The notes under the pieces: model-generated
The model's database searches: none
What the model saw: the letters and a program-made list of their open reading frames with translations, nothing else
Told to the model about the DNA's origin: nothing
Program-made: the position numbers and the translations under genes
Source of the DNA: a bacterium
Lineage (GTDB): Bacteria; Patescibacteriota; Dojkabacteria; JAKAPS01; JAJZLI01
Direction of reading: 5' to 3'
DNA: 64,000 nt
Assembly: GCA_021846685.1 (NCBI GenBank)
Contig: JAJZWL010000005.1
Span: 4,722 to 68,721, forward strand
Shown: positions 9,288 to 19,636 of the stretch, one piece after another
Position numbering within the stretch: the stretch's first letter is position 1
Layout: each line of letters opens with the position of its first letter

Positions 9288-10607
9288 CTATTGTCCATAC
9301 CAGTATTGGGCAATCATACCAATACCAGCTATTTCATTTGAATTCCAGTTTTGTCCAGAAGATAGTCCCGAGACTGTTCCTTTGACTGTAAATGTTGCGC
9401 CATTTTGAGTATCTCCATTTGTATTTGTTGCACTAAGACCATAATAGTTAAATGAGGATGTATTCCATGCTCCATTTAAACCACAAGTTGAAGGACAATC
9501 CCCAACATTTATTTGTACTGGGCCAAATGTATCGTTTACTGTATCACCATTTTGTCTTGCATTCCCTTCAACATTAAAAAATAATCTTGGAGATAAACTT
9601 ACAGTTATATCAGCTATAGGTGTACCATTTACATAAAATACCGCAGTACTATTTCCTGGCCACCAGGCTAATTCTACATTTGTAGGATTGTTAGAGGCGG
9701 GGGATAAGTATTCATATGTAAATTGACCATTTTGTACTCTTTCCCATGCATAATATGGCTGCCCATGTGAAGAAGCAGAAGTTGAATCAGTTTGTATACC
9801 TACGGATATAGCATTATTATATGCATCATGAGCATTTATATATGCAGAATAACCAGTTCCTGAGCCTGACTCTGTTAATGTATCAGTATAAGTAAAATAA
9901 GGATTTCCCTGTGGGACAACTACTGGATTTGATACTATAGATCCTGGAGTAAAAGATATTCCTGTAAATGTAGTATCACAAATATCTCCAGGCTCTCTTG
10001 CTGCAGCTAGAAATGAAATAGAAGGATTATTCTCAGCAACTGGATAGACACCTAAAGTTACTTGATTATCTATAGTTACTGATATTCCTGTTGCTGTCCA
10101 TGTTATTTGAAAATGGTGAGAGGCTCCAGATATTGCTCCTCCTGGCCAATATCCCCCAACTGGAACTCCATTTGCTGCACCTTCTACCATTATAGTTATA
10201 CCATTTGGTGAGACACCAGGGTCATGAATAAATCCAAAAGCAATGTAATTTTTAGGGTCATTCCAAAATTGAACTAACCCTTTGTATCCTGTTCCTGATC
10301 CATAAGTACAATTACCATTAGGGCAATATGTTCCCTTTAAATCAACACTTAATGTTCCTGATGAAGATCCTCTATATGTTGTTGTTGCTCCTGATTGATA
10401 ATTAACAGGTCCTGTACCCCAAGCACCTTGATTTTTTCTCATTCCCCAAGCATGAACAGTACTTCCATAAGTTGAAGTTGTTGCATATAATCCTGGATCC
10501 CAAGAATAAGGAGATAATTGAGCTGATGCTGCAAATGTCTTGCCAGGAGTTAATGCAAATATAACTGCGATAAGAGATAAAAAAATAAAAAGTTTTATAA
10601 TTTTCAT
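9288..10607 (-). CDS. Secreted beta-rich protein, probably two lectin/concanavalin-like beta-sandwich domains
   Basis: Signal peptide ending TFA-A; Gly/Thr/Trp/Tyr-rich; two segments with the pattern HHFQITW...ISVTIDNQ and VELAWW...AVFYVNGTP. Start moved to MKIIKL. Confidence 0.65.
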   Translation of the reverse strand: MKIIKLFIFLSLIAVIFALTPGKTFAASAQLSPYSWDPGLYATTSTYGSTVHAWGMRKNQGAWGTGPVNYQSGATTTYRGSSSGTLSVDLKGTYCPNGNCTYGSGTGYKGLVQFWNDPKNYIAFGFIHDPGVSPNGITIMVEGAANGVPVGGYWPGGAISGASHHFQITWTATGISVTIDNQVTLGVYPVAENNPSISFLAAAREPGDICDTTFTGISFTPGSIVSNPVVVPQGNPYFTYTDTLTESGSGTGYSAYINAHDAYNNAISVGIQTDSTSASSHGQPYYAWERVQNGQFTYEYLSPASNNPTNVELAWWPGNSTAVFYVNGTPIADITVSLSPRLFFNVEGNARQNGDTVNDTFGPVQINVGDCPSTCGLNGAWNTSSFNYYGLSATNTNGDTQNGATFTVKGTVSGLSSGQNWNSNEIAGIGMIAQYWYGQ

Positions 10608-10746
10608 TATATATAATATATAAGAAATATTATTTTTAGTCAAAGGTATTTAAAGATATATATTCTTTATAATAAATTAAATCATTAAATAAAGAATATA
10701 TGTTTGTAGCATATATATAATAGTATATGATATCATCCTATATTAT

Positions 10747-12525
10747 ATGAAGGTTGTAAGTTTATTCAAAAAAAGTGTTTTCTATATTAAAAATTTTGGA
10801 TTAAAAGAATTTTTTAAAAAAGTTAAAGGGTATGTATTCTCTAGATTTTTACGTAAAAGAGATAATATTGCATATACTAAACTAGTAACATTAGAAAAAT
10901 TTAATGAGGCAAAAATAAAAAAAGAAATAGAGAATTTAAAATACAAACCATTTCTGTCAGTAATAATACCTACATATAATACCCCGATGTCTTTTATAAA
11001 AGAAACTGTATCATCTGTAAATAAACAATTCTATAAAAATTTTGAAATCATAATATATGATGATGCTTCTAAAGATGAATATTTAAAAAAATATTTAGAA
11101 AAAATTAATAAAGGTAATATTAAAGTTTTTTTCTCTAAAAAAAATAAAGGAATTTCAGAAACATCAAATCTTGCAGCTAAAGAAGCTTCTGGAGACTATT
11201 TAGTATTTTTAGATCATGACGATACTCTCTCTCCTAATGCACTCTATGAGGTTGTTAAATATTTAAATAAAAATAGATCTATAGATTATATTTATTCAGA
11301 TGAAGATAAACTTTCTCATAAGGGAGAAAGAGAAGACCCATTTTTTAAACCAGATTTTTCATACGATATGCTACTTACTTATATGTATATTACCCATATA
11401 AGGGTTATCAAGAAAAATACTTTTGAAAAATTAGGAGGATTAGATAAAAAATATGATGGTGCACAAGATTGGGATTTTGCTCTAAGATTATTTGAAAAAA
11501 AAGGAACCTTTGGACATATCCCTAAAGTTTTATATCACTGGAGAAAAAATCCTAATTCTACCGCTGATGAAGATAGTGGCGCAAAATCATATGCATATAA
11601 AAAACAACAACTATTAATAGAAGAACATCTAAAAAGAATGAATGTAAAGGCAGCAGTTAAAGAGGGGTATTTCAAAGGATCATATAAGGTAGATAGAGAA
11701 ATTATTGGAAATCCTAAAATAGAAATAATAATACCTTTTAAGGATAAGGTTGAATATTTAAAAGATTGCATAGAAAGTATTCAAAAATTAAGTACTTATA
11801 AAAATTATGAAATATGTTTAGTTAATAACAATAGTAAGAGTGAAAAAACTTCTCAATATTTAAAAACTCTTAATAATAATCCTAGAATAAAAAAACTTGA
11901 ATATAAAAAAGAGTTTAATTATTCATTGATTAATAATTTTGCAGTTAAAAGAACTGAAAGCGACTATGTACTCTTTTTGAATAGTGATACTAAAATAATA
12001 ACTCCTAGATGGATAGAAGAAATGCTATCAATTGCACAAAGAAAAGATATAGGAGCTGTAGGAGGATTACTATTGTATAAGGATAATACAATTCAGCATG
12101 CAGGGATAATATTGGGTCTAGGAGGAGTCGCAGCTCACTCTCATAGAGGGTTCCCTTCAAATTCTAATGGACACGGAGGTTTAGTAAGTTGTGTGAGAGA
12201 TGTATCTGCGGTAACAGCAGCTTGTCTTTTGATGCAAAGAGACAAGTTTTTAAAAATTAAAGGTTTTGATGAAAATTTAAAAATAGCTTATAATGATGTA
12301 GATCTTTGTTTGAGACTAAAAAGAATAGGTTTTTCTAATATATATACTCCTTATTCAAAGCTGTATCATTATGAATCAAAAACAAGAAAGAAAACAGTAG
12401 GGGAAAATGAAAAAGATACAAACTTCTTTTTAAAGAGGTGGAAAAAATATATAGAAAAAGGGGATCCTTTTTATAATTTTAATCTAACATTATCAAAGGA
12501 AGATTATTCTTTTAGAAAAATATGA
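10747..12525 (+). CDS. Two-domain GT2 glycosyltransferase (rhamnan/O-glycan synthesis type)
   Basis: SVIIPTYNT, YDDAS, FLDHDD, YSDEDK, AQDWD; second domain FLNSDT, QHAG, AVTAAC, NDVDLCL, HYES. Confidence 0.92.
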   Translation: MKVVSLFKKSVFYIKNFGLKEFFKKVKGYVFSRFLRKRDNIAYTKLVTLEKFNEAKIKKEIENLKYKPFLSVIIPTYNTPMSFIKETVSSVNKQFYKNFEIIIYDDASKDEYLKKYLEKINKGNIKVFFSKKNKGISETSNLAAKEASGDYLVFLDHDDTLSPNALYEVVKYLNKNRSIDYIYSDEDKLSHKGEREDPFFKPDFSYDMLLTYMYITHIRVIKKNTFEKLGGLDKKYDGAQDWDFALRLFEKKGTFGHIPKVLYHWRKNPNSTADEDSGAKSYAYKKQQLLIEEHLKRMNVKAAVKEGYFKGSYKVDREIIGNPKIEIIIPFKDKVEYLKDCIESIQKLSTYKNYEICLVNNNSKSEKTSQYLKTLNNNPRIKKLEYKKEFNYSLINNFAVKRTESDYVLFLNSDTKIITPRWIEEMLSIAQRKDIGAVGGLLLYKDNTIQHAGIILGLGGVAAHSHRGFPSNSNGHGGLVSCVRDVSAVTAACLLMQRDKFLKIKGFDENLKIAYNDVDLCLRLKRIGFSNIYTPYSKLYHYESKTRKKTVGENEKDTNFFLKRWKKYIEKGDPFYNFNLTLSKEDYSFRKI

Positions 12526-12614
12526 TAAACCTTCTAGTCATAGAATAATAGGTATGTAATTCTAGTTATATAAAATTACAGAAGGTCTTTTTTCTTAAAT
12601 CAATGGTGGGAATA

Positions 12615-12905
12615 TTAGGATTTGTGTAATTTTATTAAAGTTTCTTCTGCATGTTCTTCTTTTGCTACTCTTATTTGTTTATCAAAATCCTGAGGCTCAT
12701 TTATTTTTATATAGCCAAAGGCATCCTTTAATGATAAAGGTGTAGCCTTCACTTTTACAGTATTATTTTCTATAGCAAAAACAATTTTAGTTTGTGGAGT
12801 TATCCCTAACATTTTTCTAATTTGTATAGGAAGAGTTACTTGACCTCTTTGCTGTACGGTCGAAATAAATTCTCTTTTATATTGTAATTTTGATAACTTT
12901 TTCAT
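12615..12905 (-). CDS. AbrB/MazE/SpoVT-family DNA-binding protein (VapB-like antitoxin)
   Basis: STVQQRGQVTLPIQIRKMLGI swapped-hairpin signature. Confidence 0.88.
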   Translation of the reverse strand: MKKLSKLQYKREFISTVQQRGQVTLPIQIRKMLGITPQTKIVFAIENNTVKVKATPLSLKDAFGYIKINEPQDFDKQIRVAKEEHAEETLIKLHKS

Positions 12906-12919
12906 TTTATTATTGTATC

Positions 12920-12947
12920 ACATTGTATTATATTATGTATACAATGT
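12920..12947. promoter_or_regulatory. Inverted repeat, candidate TA autoregulatory operator
   Basis: ACATTGTAT-N10-ATACAATGT immediately upstream of the antitoxin extended -10 (TGATACAAT on the minus strand). Confidence 0.45.
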
Positions 12948-13149
12948 AGTGTATAATTTTACATACTTTTTGTCAATAGTAATATATAACTTTATATGTT
13001 GTTAGCAATATTATTATATATTTTTTGGATCTAAAAGTAGTGAATTAATGCTTTATATTAAAAGAGTATGTATATTGCGTAAAATCATACTGTAGAGTAT
13101 AATATTTATATGCGATAGTAGCGCATTTTTATATTAGTGTATTGTTATT

Positions 13150-13575
13150 ATGGCAAATAAAGAAATCAAATTTGTTGATACAAATATGTTTTTAAGATAT
13201 TTTACGAATGATGATGAAAAGAAAGCTCAAAAGGTCAGATTATTATTTGAAAGAGTATCTGCAAATGAAGAAATTCTTTTTACATCAGAGTCAGTTATAG
13301 CAGAGATAGTTTATATACTATCTTCAAAAAATTTACCTTATAAAGTACCTAGAGAAAAGATTCGAGAATTAATATTGTCAATAATTAGGTTAAGAAGTAT
13401 GAGGTTAGAAAATAAGGATATAATAATAATGGCTTTAGATATATATTCAGCTAGTTCTATAGATTTTGAAGATACAGTATCTATTGCCTTTATGGAGACA
13501 AGGAATATTGAGAAGATATATTCATATGATACTGATTTTGAAAAATTTAAGAAAATTGAAAGGATTGAACCTTAA
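13150..13575 (+). CDS. vapC: PIN-domain VapC-family ribonuclease toxin
   Basis: FVDTNMFLRY, VIAEIVYIL, DFEDT and YSYDTDF supply the acidic PIN tetrad. Confidence 0.88.
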   Translation: MANKEIKFVDTNMFLRYFTNDDEKKAQKVRLLFERVSANEEILFTSESVIAEIVYILSSKNLPYKVPREKIRELILSIIRLRSMRLENKDIIIMALDIYSASSIDFEDTVSIAFMETRNIEKIYSYDTDFEKFKKIERIEP

Positions 13576-13589
13576 GGAGGTGATATTAG

Positions 13590-13766
13590 ATGAAAAAAAG
13601 AAAGAATTTAGTTAAGCCAAAACCTCATACATTAACTATTGCTGAAAAGTTGCTTCATGGTAAAAAGTCTACTAAGAATTCTAAAACTCTTGCAGGGTTT
13701 ACTGTTAGAGATGCAAAAGGAGTGAAGGAAAAAACTTCAAAAGGAAAGACAAAAAAGAAAAAGTAA
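13590..13766 (+). CDS. Small Lys-rich basic protein, 58 aa
   Basis: Not in the ORF track. A perfect SD (AAGGAGGTGA) precedes the ATG. MKKRKNLVKPKPHTLTIAEKLLHGKKSTKNSKTLAGFTVRDAKGVKEKTSKGKTKKKK. Confidence 0.7.
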   Translation: MKKRKNLVKPKPHTLTIAEKLLHGKKSTKNSKTLAGFTVRDAKGVKEKTSKGKTKKKK

Positions 13767-14026
13767 TCTTTTTATAATAGAGTAGTGTGATATTTAAAAA
13801 TCTAAATTTATGATAATTTTGTGATTTAGTTATCGTTTATATTTTTTATGGGATACACAAATGATATAATACTTATATTATGGATAAACTAATACTAATC
13901 TATTATTGAAGAATTAGACAAAGGTATCAAGTGAAGATAAAAATAAATCTTTTTAATTTTTATTTGTAAATAGTACGAGTTATTGATAAAATTCACTTGA
14001 TTCTATATTTTAATTAAAAACTATTT

Positions 14027-16780
14027 ATGAAAAAAGATCAATTTAAAACTTTTGAAGACTATAATTCTGAATATGGAGAAGAATATTATTCTGTAGGTTG
14101 TGATAAAAACCATATATTACCATATGATATTTCAGATCCTCACTGGTTTTCTTATTTTGATACACTGTCTAGTGAAATAATCAATCAGTGTCATCCTAAC
14201 AAAGTTATAGATGTAGGTTGCGCAAAGGGATTTTTAGTTTCGATGTTAAGAGATAAAGGAGTAGAGGCTTTTGGCGTAGAAGTATCAGAGTATGCACTTT
14301 CTCAAGTTAGGCCTGATATTAAGACATTTTGTAGTTTAGCTTCAGTTCTTGATACAGAAGATGTTCGAAAATTAGGAAGATATGATCTAGTAACTTGTAT
14401 TGAAGTATTGGAGCATTTACCAGAAGAGTTTGCATCAGAGGCTATTTCTAATTTGGTAAAATTATCTGATAATATACTTTTCTCTTCAACTCCAGATGAC
14501 CATGCAGAAAAGAGCCATGTAAATGTTAAGCCACCTGAATATTGGGTTTCTATTTTTAATAAATTTGGATATTATATAGATCCTTATATAAATATAACTT
14601 CAATACCCCATTCTTTATTTTTTTCTAAATTAGATATTGTAATAAATAAATTTTTAAATAAAGAAGATTCAATAGAAAAGTTAAAAATTCTATATGGCAA
14701 TGATCTTAATATCAATCAATTAAAAAAAGATAAAAATCTTGATATATATAGAACTTTATATGAACTCTTTTTTGTAAATAAAAAAGAAAATGAAGTCTCT
14801 GAATATAAAAAAGCCTTAAAAGATAAAGATATTCATATAAACAATATTTCACTATCGTTAGAAAAAACAGAGAAGAGTTTAGAAAAAACAGAGAAGAGTT
14901 TAGAAAAAATAGAGAAGAGTTTAGAAAATCAAATAAGATATTTGGAAAAACAGAATAATGATTTAAGAGAAATTATATTAAGTAAAGACATCACAATAGA
15001 TTCATTAAATAAGAATCTGTTGAATATATACAGATCCTTAATATGGAGGTTATATTTAAAATATCATAAATATAAAAGTTTTATTGGATATGGAATTAAA
15101 AATATTGATATACCATTGATTAGTCAAGAAAAATGGGCTCAAAAGGATATTTTGACTGATGGTAAAAAAGAAGAATTATTAGAGAATTTAAAAAAATTAA
15201 GATATAAACCTTTAATAAGTATTGTGATGCCTGTTTATAATATAGATATTAAACTTTTAGATAAAGCTATAAAGTCAGTATTTGGACAGATATATTCAAA
15301 TTGGGAACTTTGTATAGTAGATGATGCTTCTTCCTCTTGGAAATTAAAATTGCACTTATTCTTTTTAAAATTTCAAGATAAAAGATTGAAAATTAATTTC
15401 TCTTTAATAAATAAAGGAATAGCTATGACAAGTAATAAATGTATCAAAATGTCTAATGGAGAATTTATTACATTTTTAGATGACGATGATGAATTAACCC
15501 AAAATGCTTTAGCTGAAAATATTATTTTATTAAATAAAGAAAAAAATGTAGATTTAATTTATTCAGATGAGGATAAGATAGATCTAGAAGGTAAAAGATC
15601 AGAACCTTTTTTTAAACCTGATTGGAGTAAATATAGGTTTCTTTCAAACATGTATACATCTCATTTAAGTATGTATAGAAAATCCATAATTAATGAAATT
15701 CATGGGTTTAGGTCTGGATTTGAAGGTGCTCAGGATTATGATTTAATGCTTAGATTTATAGAAAAAACAGAGAATATATATCACATTTCTAAAATCTTAT
15801 ATCACTGGAGAAAAATTGAAGGCTCTACATCTCAAAAATATGATGCAAAACCTATAGCTTCGAACTCTTCTATTAAAGCATTAAAAGAATATCTAAATAG
15901 AAATAATATAAAAGGAGAAGTTTTAAAAGGTAAATATCCAGGATTATTTAAAATAAATTATAAAATATTGAATAATCCAAAAATATCTATAATAATTCCA
16001 ACAAAAGATAAAGTTAAATATTTAAAAAAATGTGTTGAAAGTATATTAAAAAAAACTATATATAAAAATTATGAAATAGTCATTATAGATAATAATAGTA
16101 CAGAGAATGCTACTTTTAAATATTATAATGAGCTTACAAAATATGAAAATGTAAAAATACTTTATTATAAAAAGAAGTTCAATTTTTCTGAAATAAATAA
16201 TTTTGCTGTATCAAAAATAAAAACAGATTATATTTTATTTTTAAACAATGATACTGAAATTATTAATAAGGACTGGCTTTCAGAAATGGTTCAGTATATA
16301 CAAAAAGAAGATGTAGGAATAGTTGGTGCAAAATTATTATATCCAAATGGAACAATACAACATGCAGGTTTACAGATAGGTTTTTGTGGAATAGCTGGGC
16401 ATACATACAAATTTATGAAAGATGAAGTTATATATTTTTTTAATCCTCAGGAAATTAGAGAAGTATCTGGAGTTACTGGTGCGTGTTTACTTATTAAAAA
16501 AGATTTATTTGATAAAGTTGGTGGATTTGATGATAAAAATTTAAAAATTGCATTCAATGATGTTGATTTATGTTTAAAAGTGAGAAAATTGGGATATACT
16601 ATTATATATACCCCATATGCACAATTATATCATTATGAATCTTTATCAAGAGGTAAAAATCTAGACAGAAATGAGGTAAATTTTATGTTAAAAAAATGGA
16701 AACAAACATTAAAAACAGATCCTTATTATAATTCCAATCTCCCAATGCATTCAGAAAATCCACTAGATTTATTTATTTAA
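14027..16780 (+). CDS. SAM methyltransferase + coiled coil + two GT2 domains (WsaE/WbdD-like chain elongation and termination enzyme)
   Basis: VIDVGCAKG and CIEVLEH methyltransferase motifs; heptad region; SIVMPVYN, FLDDDD, QDYD, FLNNDT and NDVDLCL GT2 motifs. Confidence 0.9.
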   Translation: MKKDQFKTFEDYNSEYGEEYYSVGCDKNHILPYDISDPHWFSYFDTLSSEIINQCHPNKVIDVGCAKGFLVSMLRDKGVEAFGVEVSEYALSQVRPDIKTFCSLASVLDTEDVRKLGRYDLVTCIEVLEHLPEEFASEAISNLVKLSDNILFSSTPDDHAEKSHVNVKPPEYWVSIFNKFGYYIDPYINITSIPHSLFFSKLDIVINKFLNKEDSIEKLKILYGNDLNINQLKKDKNLDIYRTLYELFFVNKKENEVSEYKKALKDKDIHINNISLSLEKTEKSLEKTEKSLEKIEKSLENQIRYLEKQNNDLREIILSKDITIDSLNKNLLNIYRSLIWRLYLKYHKYKSFIGYGIKNIDIPLISQEKWAQKDILTDGKKEELLENLKKLRYKPLISIVMPVYNIDIKLLDKAIKSVFGQIYSNWELCIVDDASSSWKLKLHLFFLKFQDKRLKINFSLINKGIAMTSNKCIKMSNGEFITFLDDDDELTQNALAENIILLNKEKNVDLIYSDEDKIDLEGKRSEPFFKPDWSKYRFLSNMYTSHLSMYRKSIINEIHGFRSGFEGAQDYDLMLRFIEKTENIYHISKILYHWRKIEGSTSQKYDAKPIASNSSIKALKEYLNRNNIKGEVLKGKYPGLFKINYKILNNPKISIIIPTKDKVKYLKKCVESILKKTIYKNYEIVIIDNNSTENATFKYYNELTKYENVKILYYKKKFNFSEINNFAVSKIKTDYILFLNNDTEIINKDWLSEMVQYIQKEDVGIVGAKLLYPNGTIQHAGLQIGFCGIAGHTYKFMKDEVIYFFNPQEIREVSGVTGACLLIKKDLFDKVGGFDDKNLKIAFNDVDLCLKVRKLGYTIIYTPYAQLYHYESLSRGKNLDRNEVNFMLKKWKQTLKTDPYYNSNLPMHSENPLDLFI
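14858..14928 (+). repeat. In-frame 21-nt tandem repeat, about 3.4 copies, encoding the LEKTEKS heptad
   Basis: TTAGAAAAAACAGAGAAGAGT twice, TTAGAAAAAATAGAGAAGAGT once, then TTAGAAAA. Confidence 0.9.
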
Positions 16781-16794
16781 TTTTAGAAATAATT

Positions 16795-17622
16795 TTATTG
16801 TGGAGTAACAATTGTGACATTCGGCATGCTTAAATTTTGAACACTATGGACATAATAATTTATGGAAAATAATAATATTCCAATTATTAAATTAGTAACA
16901 AGGATGTTCTTAATTGATTTTGTATATAAAAATAAAAACTCAAATAATGTAAGTAATACAAATAATATAAAAGGATAAGATAAAACTATTAAATATATAT
17001 ATTTACCTTTTAAAAAATATGGATTTTTTTGATAAAGTTTATTGTATATTACTTGTAGAGATTTAGTAAAAGAATAATTATAATTATATGTCTGTACTAA
17101 ATCCAAAACATTTTTTTGTAATTTGCCATTAATATATAACTTATTATTTTTAGTATTTGTTTTTGTAAATGACCATAATGCAATTGAATTTTTTATGGTT
17201 CCATTTTTTGAATATACCTGAAGCTGGAATTTTTGATTTTTAGAATTTAATTGGTTTTGAAATTGTATCTTATATAAGGAGTTGTTGACAAAATTTACAG
17301 CATTTTGACATTGAAAGTATAAATTAGTATTAGTATTTATATTTTTAAACAATATGCATAATGTTGAATTATCAACTTTTCCATAATTGCCTATTCTCAT
17401 TTCTAAAGAATAAAGATTATTGTGTTTAGATATAAACTTATCTTTTATTATTGTTTTTTTAGTAATAGGGATTGTCGGAGTCCGTGAACTTGTTATTGAG
17501 CTTGCGCGAATATTATTTGTATTAATCTTCTTAATAATATTACCTAGAGAATTTTGGTATATTATTATTCCCCAAATCAAAGATATTAATATTATGATTG
17601 TTATTTTTATTTTATTATTCAT
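16795..17622 (-). CDS. Membrane protein with an extracytoplasmic beta domain
   Basis: One N-terminal TM and two C-terminal TMs; coupled (ATGA) to the upstream GT-C gene. Confidence 0.7.
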   Translation of the reverse strand: MNNKIKITIIILISLIWGIIIYQNSLGNIIKKINTNNIRASSITSSRTPTIPITKKTIIKDKFISKHNNLYSLEMRIGNYGKVDNSTLCILFKNINTNTNLYFQCQNAVNFVNNSLYKIQFQNQLNSKNQKFQLQVYSKNGTIKNSIALWSFTKTNTKNNKLYINGKLQKNVLDLVQTYNYNYSFTKSLQVIYNKLYQKNPYFLKGKYIYLIVLSYPFILFVLLTLFEFLFLYTKSIKNILVTNLIIGILLFSINYYVHSVQNLSMPNVTIVTPQ

Positions 17623-18854
17623 ATTCTGAAATTGGTAAGGAAAGTTAATGAAAAGAGATTAAAGAAAATCATACATATTATTAAAAACATATATAATTGG
17701 TCATAATATTTTTTTGGAATAAATGTTCTTATTCCAACTATAGAACCAAGTGTAATTATTGATATTACTGGGAAAAAATACCTTCCATTTACAAAATTTA
17801 CTCCATAATGAGATACTACCCCAAAATCTAATAAATATACAAATAGAAAAGTTAAAATTACTTGTATTATTATATAAATCTCGTAATCTTTAATTGTTTT
17901 TGTTTTAATCTTATTGAATATTGTTATTATAAGTCCAAATAAAATTATATCAACAAATATTTTTAAAGCAGAATACAAAGCTGTAGGGTGAATAAACTGA
18001 TACATGTATCCAAATGTGGCAAAGAAAGATGTAAATACAACTCCATGCGAAGAGAAATATTTCCCAGCAGTAAAATATGCATAATAGTCTAATATTGAAT
18101 AATTATTACTAGGAATAAGTTGTTCTAATCTTGGAATAACAGTACTCTTTAATCCAGAGTGTAGTGCAAATACAGTTAGTATTAATATAACAAAAATTCC
18201 TAATAAGTATTTTAGATATTTTTTTAATAATCCATTTTTATGTAATAGATAAATTATTAGACCTATATATATAGGAATATTAACATACATATTCTGCTTG
18301 CTTAATAATCCAAGAATAAGGAATAGAGTTAATAATATAAAATCTCTGAAATTAAATTTTTCTTTTAGAAGTTTTAATGAGTAATATATAAAAGCTGTAT
18401 ACATAGCAAAAATTAAAGGATCCATATCTATAGCCATCCCCATATATGTAAACATTGGAAATAAGGCAGTTAACACAGTTCCTGTTATGGATACTTTCTC
18501 TTCATTATCAAATAGTAGTTTGAAAATTTTATATGTAAAGATGAGTGTTATAAAAGAGAATAGTACTGAAATTATCTCTAATAATCTGAATTGTGAATAG
18601 ATTCTTGTATGTATAACGAATTTATCTATATTCCCATCAATAAAATAAAATAAAGGAGCAGGTTCTCCTATTACTGGGGCATGTATCCCTTTGGCATAAT
18701 TTTGAATATTTCTAAATCTCACTTGAGAATCTGGCGTTGAATATGGGGGATTCACAGGACTTATTATAATCCAAGAAAGTTCTATTATAAAAAATGATAA
18801 TAAAACTATTATCAAATATTTGTATTTAATTATAAATGGTAAAATCTTCTTCAT
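17619..18854 (-). CDS. Multi-TM GT-C glycosyltransferase (GT39/ArnT/DUF2142-like)
   Basis: About 10 TMs; TPD in the first external loop, PAPLFY, GLLSKQN and NGRYFFP motifs. Confidence 0.75.
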   Translation of the reverse strand: MKKILPFIIKYKYLIIVLLSFFIIELSWIIISPVNPPYSTPDSQVRFRNIQNYAKGIHAPVIGEPAPLFYFIDGNIDKFVIHTRIYSQFRLLEIISVLFSFITLIFTYKIFKLLFDNEEKVSITGTVLTALFPMFTYMGMAIDMDPLIFAMYTAFIYYSLKLLKEKFNFRDFILLTLFLILGLLSKQNMYVNIPIYIGLIIYLLHKNGLLKKYLKYLLGIFVILILTVFALHSGLKSTVIPRLEQLIPSNNYSILDYYAYFTAGKYFSSHGVVFTSFFATFGYMYQFIHPTALYSALKIFVDIILFGLIITIFNKIKTKTIKDYEIYIIIQVILTFLFVYLLDFGVVSHYGVNFVNGRYFFPVISIITLGSIVGIRTFIPKKYYDQLYMFLIICMIFFNLFSLTFLTNFRI

Positions 18855-18900
18855 GTTAAATATTTTTTTATGATTATATCTTTTTTTAGAGGTTATTGCA

Positions 18901-19542
18901 CTATAAGAGTTCTTTGGAATATCCTTCTATGCCTATTAATCTAAATTTACCCGTAATTCTAATCTGAAAAAATTGTATCACTAGTATTAGTAATAAAGTA
19001 ATAGAGTAATATTCATGATAAAAAAATATTAAGAATAATATACTAAACAATACTCCAATTGATATTATTTTTGCACTTTCGTTTTCAAAATTAGATATGG
19101 ACAGATTGATACCATTTTTTATTGCGCTCCTTTGATGATAAATTGAATGTTTTTGGTCATCATATACATCTGAAGCAATTGTCCACATAATGATTTTCTC
19201 CAAAGTTGTAAAATTTGAACATACATATTTTATATAAGTTTCACATTTATTATTTTTTATATTTTTATGAAAATTTATTAAAGTTTCTATAAAAATGAAA
19301 ATTTGTTTAAATGTTATTCCTATAAATATTAGTATAAAAATTCCTATTACTATGTTTATGTAATTAGAAATTTTAATATTGTGGAATAATGTCTTTATTA
19401 AATTTGATACACTATTGTTGTCTTTTTGTAAAGTAATAAATAAATAATTTATGTATAATATTATTACTACAGAATAAATATATATAAATATTTTTGAAAA
19501 TAATCTAGCATCTATCTTCTCTATGATATTAGGGATATGCAT
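18901..19542 (-). CDS. Hypothetical membrane protein, about 4 TMs
   Basis: 213-aa ORF with hydrophobic segments; no recognised motif. Confidence 0.6.
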   Translation of the reverse strand: MHIPNIIEKIDARLFSKIFIYIYSVVIILYINYLFITLQKDNNSVSNLIKTLFHNIKISNYINIVIGIFILIFIGITFKQIFIFIETLINFHKNIKNNKCETYIKYVCSNFTTLEKIIMWTIASDVYDDQKHSIYHQRSAIKNGINLSISNFENESAKIISIGVLFSILFLIFFYHEYYSITLLLILVIQFFQIRITGKFRLIGIEGYSKELL

Positions 19543-19636
19543 ATATATTCAATTAAATTACATGGATTATATCATAAAATATAAAATAAGACTGTTAGAA
19601 AAAAATCATTTATATTTCTTTTGAAGGATTGTTGTG

